Counted from the stretch's first letter, positions 51,932 to 62,246 are shown. The stretch: 64,000 bases of DNA from Planctomycetota bacterium (GCA_965228735.1 OZ245838.1:2144001-2208000), one strand, 5' to 3'. The notes: generated by a model from the letters alone, not told the origin. Numbers and translations: made by a program.

Positions 51932-54423
51932 GGCGCGCGATTATGCATCGAGCGCAGACGCTCCGCCGCGATGAACCGCTTTCCCCGCGGCCATTTCGCG
52001 TCGAATTCGATCGCGCCGGCCGCGGTCACGAACAGCGCCTCGCCCGCGGTGCGCCGGACGGATTCGGCGTCGTCGAGCAGCAGATCGGCCAGGGTCGCGA
52101 TCGCGAGCCCGTCCTGCCGCCCCGTCAACGCGCCCGCGAGGTCCGCGCGATCGGTCAGCGCCCGTTCACGCAGCGCCCGCAGCGCGCGCGGCATCGCGAG
52201 ATCGCGGCGCCACAGCGCGAGCAGTTCGCGTTCGCCGGCCCGCGGCGCAACGGCGCGGCCGGCCATCGCCAGCACGAGCGGGTCGGCCAGCTCGCGCAGC
52301 GCTTCCGCGGCGAGCGGCTCGAGCGGCCCGCGCCGCAACGCGGCCACGAGCACCCGCGCGCAGGCCGTCGGGAACCGACTGCGCAGCGCGATCGCGAGCG
52401 GCCCGCGCCCGACGCACAGTTCGCGAAGCCGCTCTGGCGGCGGCAGGAACGCGAAGTCCGCGAGGTGGCCGACGCGCCGCTGCGGCAGCGGCAGGTCGCC
52501 GAGCAGCGCCGGCCGACCGGCGTGGAACGTCGGGTCGATCGCGAACGCCGTCAGGCTCGCCTGATGCGGGTCGCGCAGCGCCCGACCGTTCTCGTCCGGC
52601 AACGCGAGCGCCGCCTGCAGCGCGGCCGAGCGCGCGCCGGTCGGCAGGAAGGCGAGCGCGGCACGACGCACCCGTTCGCGCTCTGGCGCCGTCGCGTCGG
52701 CCAGCCGCAGCTGGCGCTCGAACGCCCGCATCCGTGAAGCGAGATCGCTGCTCCACAACAGCAGCGACGACGCCTGACCGGTCAACGCCGGCGCCGGCTC
52801 GAGGCAGTCGTGCAGCACGCGCAACGTCGCGCGCCGTTCGGTCGCGGGCTGCGCGCCCCTCTCATCGTCCGAGCCGCCGGACTCGACGACCGGCGGCGGC
52901 CAGGCGGCGGCCACCCGATCGACCGCGACCGTCCCGAGCCACGCCCGCTGCACATCGCTGCCGCTGCCGAGTCGGGCGAGGTGCGCCTGCCAGCACGCGT
53001 CGTCCGACCAACCCTGCAGGTCGTTCGCCCGCGAGAAGGCCGGCCGGCGCGCCGCGCTCAGCAGCACGCCACAATCGCCGATCGCGAGCACGCCGTTCCA
53101 TGGGTGCACGGCCGCCGCCGCGCCGAACAACAGCCGCAGCCGCGCCGGCGGCGTGCGATCGAGCGCGAACGGCTGCAGAACGACGCCGTTCCCCGCGACG
53201 CGACGCAACTCGCGCTGCGCCTCGAGCGAGCACTGCCAGGGCAGCGCCCCACCACGGCCGGGGTCCGCGCCGAGATCGTCGCCCAACACGATGAACTGCC
53301 GCGAATCGGCGGGCAGTCGGCGCAAGGTCGGCAGGGCGCCGGCCAGCCGCGACCGAGGCAGCCAGCCGAGCAGCCGCGCCGAGCTCGCACCGCTGCCGTC
53401 GAGACCCGTCCCGGACCAATCCACCGGTTGCCGCCGCGCACCACGACCGGCGCCGCTCGCGCCGCGCTCGAGCGCCGGCGGCGCGACCGCACCGGCCGTC
53501 AGCAGCCGCGGCAACAACGGCAACAGCTGCGTTCGCGCATGCACGATCTCCACCGCAGGCAGCCCGGCGCGTTCGAACGCAGCGGGCAGGCGCCCGAGCC
53601 CGACACCGAGCGCGAGGATGCGGTCACCCGGCCGCGCGAGCGAGGCCGTCGTCGTCGCGAGCACCGCGGAACGCGGCCGCTCCGGCCCCTCGGCGGCGAC
53701 GAGCTCGCCGCGCTGCCACAGCTGCAGTTCTTGCGTTCCCGGGTCGTAGGCCGCGACCGTATCCCCCGCGCTCGCGAGCGCGACCAGCCCGGCCGATACC
53801 TTCGGCGGCGGCTCGATCGCGAGCGCGACCGCGATACCGAGCCCACCGGCCAGGAGCGCCAACCCGCCGTCGAGGACCCGACCCGCGCCGCCACGACCGC
53901 CGAGCAGGATCGCGATCGGCGGCGCCAGCAGCAGCCCCGCGGCCCGCGCCGGGAACGGCAGCAGGCGCGTGCAGAGCGGCCCCGCCGCGACCACCACCAC
54001 CGCCCCGACCGCGGCCGCGAGCACCGCGAGCCAGCCACGCGCCGGCGCGACGTGACCGAGGGCGAGACCCAGGGTGACCGCGATCCACGCCACCGGCAGC
54101 CGGTCGCCGACAGTCAGCAGACCGGCCCCCTGCAGCACCGCCAGCGCGAACGCGGCGACGGCCACGACCAGCCCGAGCCGCGCGGCCGACCACGCGAGCC
54201 GGCGCGCCAGCAGGCCGAAGCACGCTCCGCCCGCGGCGAGCCCCGCCAGCAGGACGACTTCGGCGCGCGGCGCGGCATCCAGACCGAGACCCGCCGCCCG
54301 CAGACTCGGCAGCCCGCACCACGCGATCGCCGCGAGCGCCCCGGACCAGACGCCGGCCCAGACGGCGCCGGCCATGGAGTTGGTGTTCGGTGTCATCGGG
54401 CGAGAGGACATCGCGGGCACCAT
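51928..54423 (-). CDS. Multi-TM membrane protein with a degenerate spermidine-synthase-like domain
   Basis: About 7 hydrophobic segments, then RILALGVGLG (Rossmann-like) and a helical C-terminus; ATGA-coupled to lpxD. Start uncertain. Confidence 0.55.
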   Translation of the reverse strand: MVPAMSSRPMTPNTNSMAGAVWAGVWSGALAAIAWCGLPSLRAAGLGLDAAPRAEVVLLAGLAAGGACFGLLARRLAWSAARLGLVVAVAAFALAVLQGAGLLTVGDRLPVAWIAVTLGLALGHVAPARGWLAVLAAAVGAVVVVAAGPLCTRLLPFPARAAGLLLAPPIAILLGGRGGAGRVLDGGLALLAGGLGIAVALAIEPPPKVSAGLVALASAGDTVAAYDPGTQELQLWQRGELVAAEGPERPRSAVLATTTASLARPGDRILALGVGLGRLPAAFERAGLPAVEIVHARTQLLPLLPRLLTAGAVAPPALERGASGAGRGARRQPVDWSGTGLDGSGASSARLLGWLPRSRLAGALPTLRRLPADSRQFIVLGDDLGADPGRGGALPWQCSLEAQRELRRVAGNGVVLQPFALDRTPPARLRLLFGAAAAVHPWNGVLAIGDCGVLLSAARRPAFSRANDLQGWSDDACWQAHLARLGSGSDVQRAWLGTVAVDRVAAAWPPPVVESGGSDDERGAQPATERRATLRVLHDCLEPAPALTGQASSLLLWSSDLASRMRAFERQLRLADATAPERERVRRAALAFLPTGARSAALQAALALPDENGRALRDPHQASLTAFAIDPTFHAGRPALLGDLPLPQRRVGHLADFAFLPPPERLRELCVGRGPLAIALRSRFPTACARVLVAALRRGPLEPLAAEALRELADPLVLAMAGRAVAPRAGERELLALWRRDLAMPRALRALRERALTDRADLAGALTGRQDGLAIATLADLLLDDAESVRRTAGEALFVTAAGAIEFDAKWPRGKRFIAAERLRSMHNRAP

Positions 54424-54437
54424 AGCCCCCCGAGGGA

Positions 54438-54590
54438 CTGATGGCTTGGGTGTGGATGCGTCGGCGTAACGCGTTGCAGCCACTCGGCGAAGGCACGATC
54501 CGAGCACCGCCACGGTCCCCTTCATACAACTCGTTCAATAAAAATGCGTTACGACGCTCGACTCAACCAAGTCCACACCCAAGCCAGCAG
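54438..54590. other. 153-nt intergenic rod-like inverted-repeat element (candidate ncRNA or MITE)
   Basis: ctgatggcttgggtgtgga pairs with tccacacccaagccagcag (18/19); inner gcgtc..gtaacgc pairs with gcgttacgacgc. Confidence 0.6.
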
Positions 54591-54659
54591 CCTGTTGGGG
54601 AAGGGTTGGGGAATCCGGGCGGGTCGGATCCGGGAGCGTAGAGCGAGCGTGAGGAACCG

Positions 54660-55130
54660 CTAGCGGGGCTGGGCCTGCAGCTCGGCCAGCGTCGCCACTG
54701 CGGTCTCGGCATCGGTGCACCGCAACAGGCGATCGCGCACCTCGGCTCGGGAGAGCAGCTTGGCGATCTCCGCGAGCGTCTTGATGTGCATCAGCTTCTT
54801 GCTGCGCGGGATGATCAGGCCGATCACGATCGTGGCGGGCGCGCCGTCGAGGGTCTCGAACGGGATCCCGACCGAGTTGAGGCCGAGCACGGCGACGAGA
54901 TCGTCGAGACCGTCGAGCGCGGCGTGCGGGATCGCGATGCCGTTCTCCATGCCCGTGGTCATGCTGCGCTCACGGAGCACGAGCGCCTCCTCGACGGCGG
55001 GCGCGAACGACTCCGGATAGCGGCCGGCGCGGACCGGGACCTTGGCGATCTGGGCCAGGGCCTCCCACTTGTCGGTCGCCTGCAGCGGCACTTCGACCAG
55101 TTCAGGCGTGATCAAATCGGAGAGTTTCAT
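54660..55130 (-). CDS. PTS EIIA (fructose/nitrogen-type) domain protein
   Basis: RERSMTTGMENGIAIPHA, GIPFETLDG. Confidence 0.92.
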   Translation of the reverse strand: MKLSDLITPELVEVPLQATDKWEALAQIAKVPVRAGRYPESFAPAVEEALVLRERSMTTGMENGIAIPHAALDGLDDLVAVLGLNSVGIPFETLDGAPATIVIGLIIPRSKKLMHIKTLAEIAKLLSRAEVRDRLLRCTDAETAVATLAELQAQPR

Positions 55131-55324
55131 TCGCGAAATGGCCGTTCCGCGGCGCGTGGTCGAGCCACGGCCCATCCAACCACGCGACGCGTACGGTGCA
55201 AACGGAAAGTCGGAAACCAGGACTTCCGGCTTCCTTGCATCACTTGGGCGAAATAAAAACCGCGCGCGGCCGGTCGTAGGTCGTCGACCCGACTTCGCAT
55301 CCGGCCAGCAACGAGCCAGACACA

Positions 55325-57724
55325 ATGACGGAATTCGCAACGCTTCCTGCCGCCATCCCGCCCGCCGCGGCCCGCTTGAACGGCACCCGGTGGCTTCCGG
55401 CCCTGCTGGTGCTGCTCACGGTGGTCCTCGCGGCGGCTCCGCTCGCCGCCCAGAACGACCCGCCCGGGGGCAACCAGGGCGCTGGCCAGGACCCGGGCGG
55501 CCAGCCGCTGATGGAGGTCGACGGCGACACCATCGTGGTCTCGATGAGCGAGAGCTCCGGGCTCGAGTTGCCGGAGTTCGTCAAGTGGGCCCAGGTCGTC
55601 ACCAAGCGCGTCTTCACGTTCAACGAGAACGAGATGATGAACCAGGCACAGGGCGGCAGCCGCGTGACGTTCCTCGGCAGCCTGCGGTTCAAGCGCGCCA
55701 CGTTCGACAAGGACTTCTTCTCGTTCTTCCAGACGATGCTCTACATCAAGGGCTTCGCCATCGTCCCCCGCGGCGAAGGCGATCTCGAGATCCTGGAGAT
55801 CATCTCGACGAACGGGCCGCGCATCCGCGAGGTCACGAACGGCGCGCGCTACGTCACGCCGGACGAGCTGGAGGAATACAAGAACCAGACGGGCGTGCCG
55901 ATCTTCACGACGGTCCAGCTCAAGCACATCAACGCGACGATCGTCAACAACGCGCTGCGCCCGTTCTTCGCGAGCACCGGGTCGCCGCAGGGCGGCGGTG
56001 GCGTGACGATCGGCAACGTCGGCAACCAGACGGCGATGTTGCTGCAGGGCTACGGCCCACAGGTCTACGCCGCGGTCAAGCTGCTCGACCTCGCCGACCA
56101 GCCGGTGGACGCCCCCAACCTCGTCGTGCAGGTCGTGCCGCTGCAGCACGCCGCCCCCGAGGAGATCGAGCCGATCCTCAGCGAGGTGCTCGAGAGCCGC
56201 AACCGCATCCGGGCGCAGGTCCTCGCCGAGAACCGGCAGGGTGGCGCGGGTGCCGCGGCGACCAACAGCCAGCCGCAGCTGAAGATCGTCGTGAACAGTT
56301 CGCAGAAGTCGCTCGTGCTGAGCGGCATCGCGGACCACGTGAACGAGGCGTTGAGCCTGATCGCGCAGCTCGACAACCCGAGCCAGATCATCGAGGGCAC
56401 GGCGAGCGTCATCTACCTCAAGAACGTGCTCGCCGAGGACCTCCGGCAGACCCTCAACCAGTTCATGCAGGAGGACAACAACGCCGAACAGCAGGCCCAG
56501 GCCCAGCAGGCCGGCAGCACGCCGAGCCGGCGCACCCGGCGGACGGTCATCCAGGCCCACGACGAGAGCAACAGCCTGCTGATCTCGGCGGCCCCGACGA
56601 AGTATCAGCAGATCCGCGCGCTGATCGACAGCCTCGACGTGCGCCAGCCGCAGGTGCTCATCGAGTGCGCGCTCGTCGAGCTCACGACGGGCGACCTCGA
56701 CCGCTTCGGTGTCGAACTCGGCCTGCTCGACCTGCCCAACGGCTCCAACGACTACGAGCGCGGCTTCGGCTTCACGGACTTCGGTCAGGCGGTGTTCCAG
56801 GACACCGACGACGACGGCCTGCCGGACACGCGCCTGCCCGACTTCGACAACATCGCGCAGGGCCTCACGGGCGGTATCATCAGCGGCCAGGACTTCGCGG
56901 TCCCGATCCTGATCAACGCGCTCGCGACCGACGACTCGGCCAACATCCTGTCGCTGCCGAGCGTCCTCGTGAACAACAACGAGGCCGCGGTCGTCACGAC
57001 GGAGGAAGAGCGTCCGACGCTGGAGAACAACGTCGGCACGGCGACGACGACGACCGGCACGGGTGCGCCGCGTAACGCGGGTATCACGCTCGAGATCTCC
57101 CCGACGATCTCGCCCAACCGCTACCTGCGACTCAACATCAGCCTCGAGGTGTCGCGCTTCGTCGGCGCGTTCGATCCGAGCTCCGCGACCGGTGGCGGTA
57201 TCGTGCTGCGCCGCTCGATCCGCACGCAGGTGACGATGCCGACGGAGTCGACGATGATCATCGGCGGCGTCATCGAGGACAGCGAGTCGAGCAACGAGGG
57301 CGGCATCCCGTTCCTCAAGGACATCCCGATCCTCGGCTACCTGTTCAAGAGCATCGAGAGCGAGTCGAGCAAGACCAACCTCTACTTCTTCGTCACGCCG
57401 ACGATCCTCGACGAGGACGACTTCCAGGACCTCTGGCATCTGAGTCTGCAGAAGAAGCTCGAGGCCCAGAACTACATCGGTGAACGCCGCCTGCGGATCA
57501 TCGACAAGCGCTGGACCGGCTCGGCCGGCGACCAGGCGCGCCGCCTCGAGGACGAGGGCGCGACGGTCGAGGATCTCGACGCCCAGGGCGGCTTCGAGAT
57601 GCCGCTCTACGATCGTGGCATGACGCCCGCCAACTCGCCGCTCGCCCCGGGCTCGCCACAGCCGGGCCCGGCCGTGCCGCAAACCCAGAGCGGTGGCAAC
57701 CAGGGCGCCGGGAACCAGAAATGA
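55325..57724 (+). CDS. gspD: Type II secretion system secretin
   Basis: N-domain repeats, LDVRQPQVLIE, NILSLPS, GITLEISP, GIPFLKDIPILGYLF. Confidence 0.92.
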   Translation: MTEFATLPAAIPPAAARLNGTRWLPALLVLLTVVLAAAPLAAQNDPPGGNQGAGQDPGGQPLMEVDGDTIVVSMSESSGLELPEFVKWAQVVTKRVFTFNENEMMNQAQGGSRVTFLGSLRFKRATFDKDFFSFFQTMLYIKGFAIVPRGEGDLEILEIISTNGPRIREVTNGARYVTPDELEEYKNQTGVPIFTTVQLKHINATIVNNALRPFFASTGSPQGGGGVTIGNVGNQTAMLLQGYGPQVYAAVKLLDLADQPVDAPNLVVQVVPLQHAAPEEIEPILSEVLESRNRIRAQVLAENRQGGAGAAATNSQPQLKIVVNSSQKSLVLSGIADHVNEALSLIAQLDNPSQIIEGTASVIYLKNVLAEDLRQTLNQFMQEDNNAEQQAQAQQAGSTPSRRTRRTVIQAHDESNSLLISAAPTKYQQIRALIDSLDVRQPQVLIECALVELTTGDLDRFGVELGLLDLPNGSNDYERGFGFTDFGQAVFQDTDDDGLPDTRLPDFDNIAQGLTGGIISGQDFAVPILINALATDDSANILSLPSVLVNNNEAAVVTTEEERPTLENNVGTATTTTGTGAPRNAGITLEISPTISPNRYLRLNISLEVSRFVGAFDPSSATGGGIVLRRSIRTQVTMPTESTMIIGGVIEDSESSNEGGIPFLKDIPILGYLFKSIESESSKTNLYFFVTPTILDEDDFQDLWHLSLQKKLEAQNYIGERRLRIIDKRWTGSAGDQARRLEDEGATVEDLDAQGGFEMPLYDRGMTPANSPLAPGSPQPGPAVPQTQSGGNQGAGNQK

Positions 57725-59469
57725 CCGAGACCCCCGTCAACCCGAGTTTCATCAGCGCCGGTTCCAACGACCGCATCCGCGAGGGCTTCCTCCGGCGTGC
57801 GGGTCTGAGCCAGGCGCAGATCAACGAGGCGCTGAATGCCGAGCGTGAGACCGGCCAGCAGCTCGATCAGATCCTGATCGGCAAGAACCTCCTCGCCGAG
57901 ACACCGTGCCTCGAGCTGTTCTCGGAGTTCCTCGGACTCGAGTTCCGAAAGAGCCTCGACGGCGCCCAGGTGCCGGGCGACTTCATCCAGAACGTGCCGG
58001 TTCAGTTCGCCCGCACGCACGGCCTCGTCGCGATCGAGGACGTCGGCGCGGTCGTCAAGGTCGCGACCAACCGGCCGCTCGAGGTCCAGCCGATGGACGA
58101 CCTCGCGACGATGATGGGCCGCGAGGTCGAGGCCGTCCTGACGACGCGCAGCGAGGTCGCCAACCTCATCAACCGCGCCTACCGCCACAAGGCGGACGGC
58201 GTCGACGAGGCGCTGCAGGACGTCAAGGACACGGACATCATCAGCATCGCCGAGAACATCCAGGAGTCGGAAGACCTCCTCGATGCCAACAAGGCGCCGG
58301 TCATCAAGCTGGTGAACATGCTGCTGTTCCAGGCGCTCAAGCTGCGCGCCTCGGACATCCACCTGCAGCCCTACGTCGACCGCGTGCAGGTGCGCATGCG
58401 CATCGACGGCGTGCTCTACGACATGGAGTCCATCCCGAAGCGCGCGCAGGAGGCGATCGTCTCGCGCGTCAAGGTCATGGGCAAGATGGACATCGCCGAG
58501 CGCCGCCTGCCGCAGGACGGACGCGCGGCGATTCGCATCGGCGACGGCGACGTCGACGTTCGCATCAGCACCGTGCCGGTCGCGGGCGGCGAGCGCATCG
58601 TCTTCCGAATCCTCGACAAGACGAGCAAGGTCTACTCGCTGGATCAGATCGGCCTCGAGCCGGACGAGTACCGCACGATCTCGCGGTACATCAACTACTC
58701 GCACGGCATCATCTTCGTCACCGGCCCGACGGGTTCGGGCAAGACGACGACGCTGTATGCGTGCCTCGACGAGATCAACGCGCCCGACCTCAACATCCTG
58801 ACGATCGAGGACCCCGTCGAGTACAACCTCGACGGCATCAGTCAGGTGCAGGTGAACACGAAGAAGGGCCTGACGTTCGCCGCGGGCCTGCGCTCGTTCC
58901 TGCGTCAGGATCCGGACGTGATGATGGTCGGTGAGGTGCGCGACGCCGAGACCGCCGACATCGCGATCCGCGCGGCGCTCACGGGCCACCTCGTGTTCTC
59001 GACGGTGCACACGAACGACTCCGCGTCGACGGTCACGCGCCTCATCGACATCGGCCTCGAGCCTTACCTCGTGTCGTCGTCGCTGCTGCTCGTGATCGCG
59101 CAGCGCCTGCTGCGCACGATCTGCCCCAACTGTCGCGAGCCGGTCGATCCGGATCAGAAGCAGCTGCACATGCTCGAGGATCTCAAGCTCACGCCCGACA
59201 ACTTCGACGGCGGCAAGCTGCTGGTCGGCAAGGGCTGCGACGAGTGCTTCAACTCGGGCTTCGCGGGCCGCACGGCGATCTACGAGGTCATGCCGATCGA
59301 CACCGTGATCCAGAACCAGATCGTCGAGAAGTCGACGGCCAGCGCGATCAAGCGCGGCGCGATCGAGCGCGGCCTCAACACGTTGCGCATGAACGGCGTG
59401 AAGAAGCTGCTGCAGGGCCACACGACCCCCGAGGAAGTCGTGCGCGTCACGCAGCTCGACGTAGTCTAG
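57721..59469 (+). CDS. gspE: Type II secretion ATPase (GspE/PilB family)
   Basis: [38 protein letters not shown], CxxC pairs. Confidence 0.95.
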   Translation: MTETPVNPSFISAGSNDRIREGFLRRAGLSQAQINEALNAERETGQQLDQILIGKNLLAETPCLELFSEFLGLEFRKSLDGAQVPGDFIQNVPVQFARTHGLVAIEDVGAVVKVATNRPLEVQPMDDLATMMGREVEAVLTTRSEVANLINRAYRHKADGVDEALQDVKDTDIISIAENIQESEDLLDANKAPVIKLVNMLLFQALKLRASDIHLQPYVDRVQVRMRIDGVLYDMESIPKRAQEAIVSRVKVMGKMDIAERRLPQDGRAAIRIGDGDVDVRISTVPVAGGERIVFRILDKTSKVYSLDQIGLEPDEYRTISRYINYSHGIIFVTGPTGSGKTTTLYACLDEINAPDLNILTIEDPVEYNLDGISQVQVNTKKGLTFAAGLRSFLRQDPDVMMVGEVRDAETADIAIRAALTGHLVFSTVHTNDSASTVTRLIDIGLEPYLVSSSLLLVIAQRLLRTICPNCREPVDPDQKQLHMLEDLKLTPDNFDGGKLLVGKGCDECFNSGFAGRTAIYEVMPIDTVIQNQIVEKSTASAIKRGAIERGLNTLRMNGVKKLLQGHTTPEEVVRVTQLDVV

Positions 59470-59537
59470 CAGCCCCTTCGTTCGCCTGACCGCCTCCGCC
59501 TGACTCTGCGCCCGACAGCCGTCCGCTTCGCCACCTG

Positions 59538-60764
59538 ATGCCGATCTTCGAATACAAAGCGATCGACTCCGCCAACAAGGTGAAGCGCGGCATCATCGAT
59601 GCCGACACCGCGCGTGATGCCCGGCAGCGCCTGAAGAAGGACTCGCTGTTCGTCACGGACATCAAGGAGTCCCGCAAGAAGCGCAAGTCGGCCGTCGCGA
59701 TCAAGGGTGTCACGGGCGTCGACGCGCCGAACAAGATGCGGCTCGAGCAGATCGGCGCCGTGACGCGCCAGATGGCGTCGCTCCTGCAGGCCGGCATCCC
59801 GCTCGCCGAGGCGCTGCGGATGATCATCGAGCAGGCACCCGACAAGAAGATCGAGAGCACGTTCCGCGACATCCGCGAGAAGGTGACGCAGGGCATGACG
59901 CTCGGCGACGCCGTGCTGCAGCACCCGGCCTACTTCACGCCGCTGTATTCCAACATGGTCAAGGCCGGCGAGTCCTCGGGCGCGCTCGACAAGGTGCTCG
60001 TTCGGCTCAGCCAGTTCCTGCAGGCCCAGACCCGCCTCAAGAACAAGGTCGGCGCCGCGCTGATCTACCCGTCGATCATGGTCATCGTCGGCGTCATCGT
60101 CGTCGCGATCCTCATGGTCGCCGTCGTCCCGCGCGTGACCCAGCTCATCAAGGGCCGCGGCCAGGACCTGCCGCTGCCGACGCAGATCCTGATCTCGACC
60201 TCCGACTTCCTCGTCAACCAGTGGCTCACGGTCATCGTGGCGCTGCTGCTGCTGACGATCGGCTTCCAGCTGTTCATCAACAGCGACAAGGGCCGACTCG
60301 TGTGGGACCGCTTCAAGCTGCGCGTGCCGGTCTTCGGCGACCTGATGCGCAAGCAGGCGATGGCGCGCTTCTCGATCACGCTCGCGACGCTGCTGCGCTC
60401 GGGCGTGCCCGCGCTGCAGGCGATCAACGTCACGAAGAACGTCCTCGACAACAAGGTCCTGAAGAACGCGCTGCAGGAGGTCCACGACCGCGTCGTCGAG
60501 GGCACCGACCTCGCGACCCCGATGAAGATGTCGGGCGCGTTCCCCCCCACGGTCTCCTACATGGTGGGCGTCGGCGAACAGGCCGGCAACCTCGAGGAGA
60601 TGCTCGAACGCATCTCGGCGAGCTACGACGAAGAGGTCGAGCTCGCGACGCAGAAGCTGACGTCGGTGCTGGAGCCGCTGATCATCGTCGCGCTGGCAGT
60701 CGTCGTCGCGGGCATCGTGGTGGCGATCGTCATGCCGCTGCTGCAGCTCCAACGGACCGGCTGA
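59538..60764 (+). CDS. gspF: Type II secretion inner-membrane platform protein
   Basis: AGIPL, AGESSG, ALIYP, SGVP, GEQAGNL, LEP. Confidence 0.95.
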   Translation: MPIFEYKAIDSANKVKRGIIDADTARDARQRLKKDSLFVTDIKESRKKRKSAVAIKGVTGVDAPNKMRLEQIGAVTRQMASLLQAGIPLAEALRMIIEQAPDKKIESTFRDIREKVTQGMTLGDAVLQHPAYFTPLYSNMVKAGESSGALDKVLVRLSQFLQAQTRLKNKVGAALIYPSIMVIVGVIVVAILMVAVVPRVTQLIKGRGQDLPLPTQILISTSDFLVNQWLTVIVALLLLTIGFQLFINSDKGRLVWDRFKLRVPVFGDLMRKQAMARFSITLATLLRSGVPALQAINVTKNVLDNKVLKNALQEVHDRVVEGTDLATPMKMSGAFPPTVSYMVGVGEQAGNLEEMLERISASYDEEVELATQKLTSVLEPLIIVALAVVVAGIVVAIVMPLLQLQRTG

Positions 60765-60820
60765 TTGCGCGGTCCTGCGGACCGCGCAAGCAGCCGGTCC
60801 GTTGGAGCTGCAGCAGCGGC
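60734..60820. repeat. Fold-back with 42-nt arms that copies the gspF 3' end; possible terminator
   Basis: 41/42 paired positions, TGC loop, followed by cttt. Confidence 0.85.
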
Positions 60821-61001
60821 CTTTGTCGTCGGTTCTCGGCGAACGCCGGGAACGGCGAGGACGCCAACTGGCGCCGGCACGAACCGACGGGGAAAGCTTG
60901 GGTGCTGCGCACCCTTGCTTTCGGGGCGCGGATCGCCGGGGCGAAGCCTACTGCGGGGTTCGTGCCCGGCGTACGGTACGCGGTTCGGGGTGCCGGGCTT
61001 A

Positions 61002-62246
61002 CTAGTTCTCGCTCGCCTCCAGGCGGCGGTGGTAGCCGCGGGAGACGTTGTAGCTGCCGAAGCCCTTGCGGAGCGCGTTGAGGACGTCTTCGTCGTAGGA
61101 GATCGTGGAGTAGTCGGCGGAGCCCTGGACCGTCATGTTGCCGGTGCAGACCAGGGCGCCGCGGATGTCCGACGGGGCGCGCATGGTGAAGTTGCCGTCG
61201 ACGTACACGAAACCGGAGAACGTCGATCCGCTGCCCGGGGAGATCATGGTGTTGCCTACGCAGACCACGATCCCGTAGCCGAGGAGCGGAGTCGAACTGT
61301 CGAACTGGATGTTGTTGTCCTCGACGACGATCAGAGCGCCGTCGGGAACCGGGCTCGGGAAGTCGTTCATGTCGGTGACGACGTGGGATGCGAGCGCCTT
61401 GAGTTCCGACAACGACATGCTGAACACGGTCTCGTAGCTGTCGTCATAGGTCGTCGCGGTCGACGCGAGGGCCGGGGTTCCGGTCACGCGAGGCGGGCTC
61501 GATGAACCCGTCGAGGGCGTCCCCGAAGCTGCGGGGTAGTAGATGCCCGCGGCCGTGCCGCCGCCGATGATGCGGCCCTTCGTGTTGATGTGGCAGTTGT
61601 TCCCGTCGCTGACGTTCACGGCAGACTGACCCGGGAGCTGCAGGATCAACCGTTGCACCTCCATGTCGAGCAGCTGGCTCGCGATGACCCGGTTGGGCTG
61701 CACGTCGAAGTCGACGTTCGGATCGAGGCGCTCGTAGATGTAGCCCATGCACGTGATGCGCCAGGCTGCGCCCGTGCCGCTCGCCGAGCGCTCGTCGGAG
61801 ATCTCCTCGCACTGCCACTGCACGCGCTTGGCAGCGCGCGCCGTGTCCGGATCCGCAGCCCATTCCTTCCAAACCTCGTAGCGCGCCCAGATCTGACCGG
61901 CGACGGCGAACTCGCGGACGATCCCGATGTCCGGATCGTCCGTATCGAGGATCGGCGGGCTCGCGAGCAGGTCGAGCTGCGGCTCGAACGCGACGACCGG
62001 CTGCACGACCTGCCGGTTCAACCAGCTCCGCGCCTCCGTCAGACCGGATCGCGCGATCTGCATCGCCTGCGCATCACGCGCGAACACGAGCCGCGTCTTC
62101 TGCTTGTTGGAGTGCAGGATGATCGCGCCGGTCGTCACGATCCCCAGCACCACCACCGTGAAGATCAGCGCCATGATGAGCGCCGCCCCGCGCTCACCAT
62201 CCCGACCGACCCCGAACGCCCGCTCACATCGACTGTGCATTGCCAT
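61002..62246 (-). CDS. PilX-like minor (pseudo)pilin / pilus assembly protein
   Basis: ERG|AALIMALIFTVVVLGI prepilin-like N-terminus, ARSGL; C-terminal Gly-rich beta repeats. Confidence 0.75.
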   Translation of the reverse strand: MAMHSRCERAFGVGRDGERGAALIMALIFTVVVLGIVTTGAIILHSNKQKTRLVFARDAQAMQIARSGLTEARSWLNRQVVQPVVAFEPQLDLLASPPILDTDDPDIGIVREFAVAGQIWARYEVWKEWAADPDTARAAKRVQWQCEEISDERSASGTGAAWRITCMGYIYERLDPNVDFDVQPNRVIASQLLDMEVQRLILQLPGQSAVNVSDGNNCHINTKGRIIGGGTAAGIYYPAASGTPSTGSSSPPRVTGTPALASTATTYDDSYETVFSMSLSELKALASHVVTDMNDFPSPVPDGALIVVEDNNIQFDSSTPLLGYGIVVCVGNTMISPGSGSTFSGFVYVDGNFTMRAPSDIRGALVCTGNMTVQGSADYSTISYDEDVLNALRKGFGSYNVSRGYHRRLEASEN

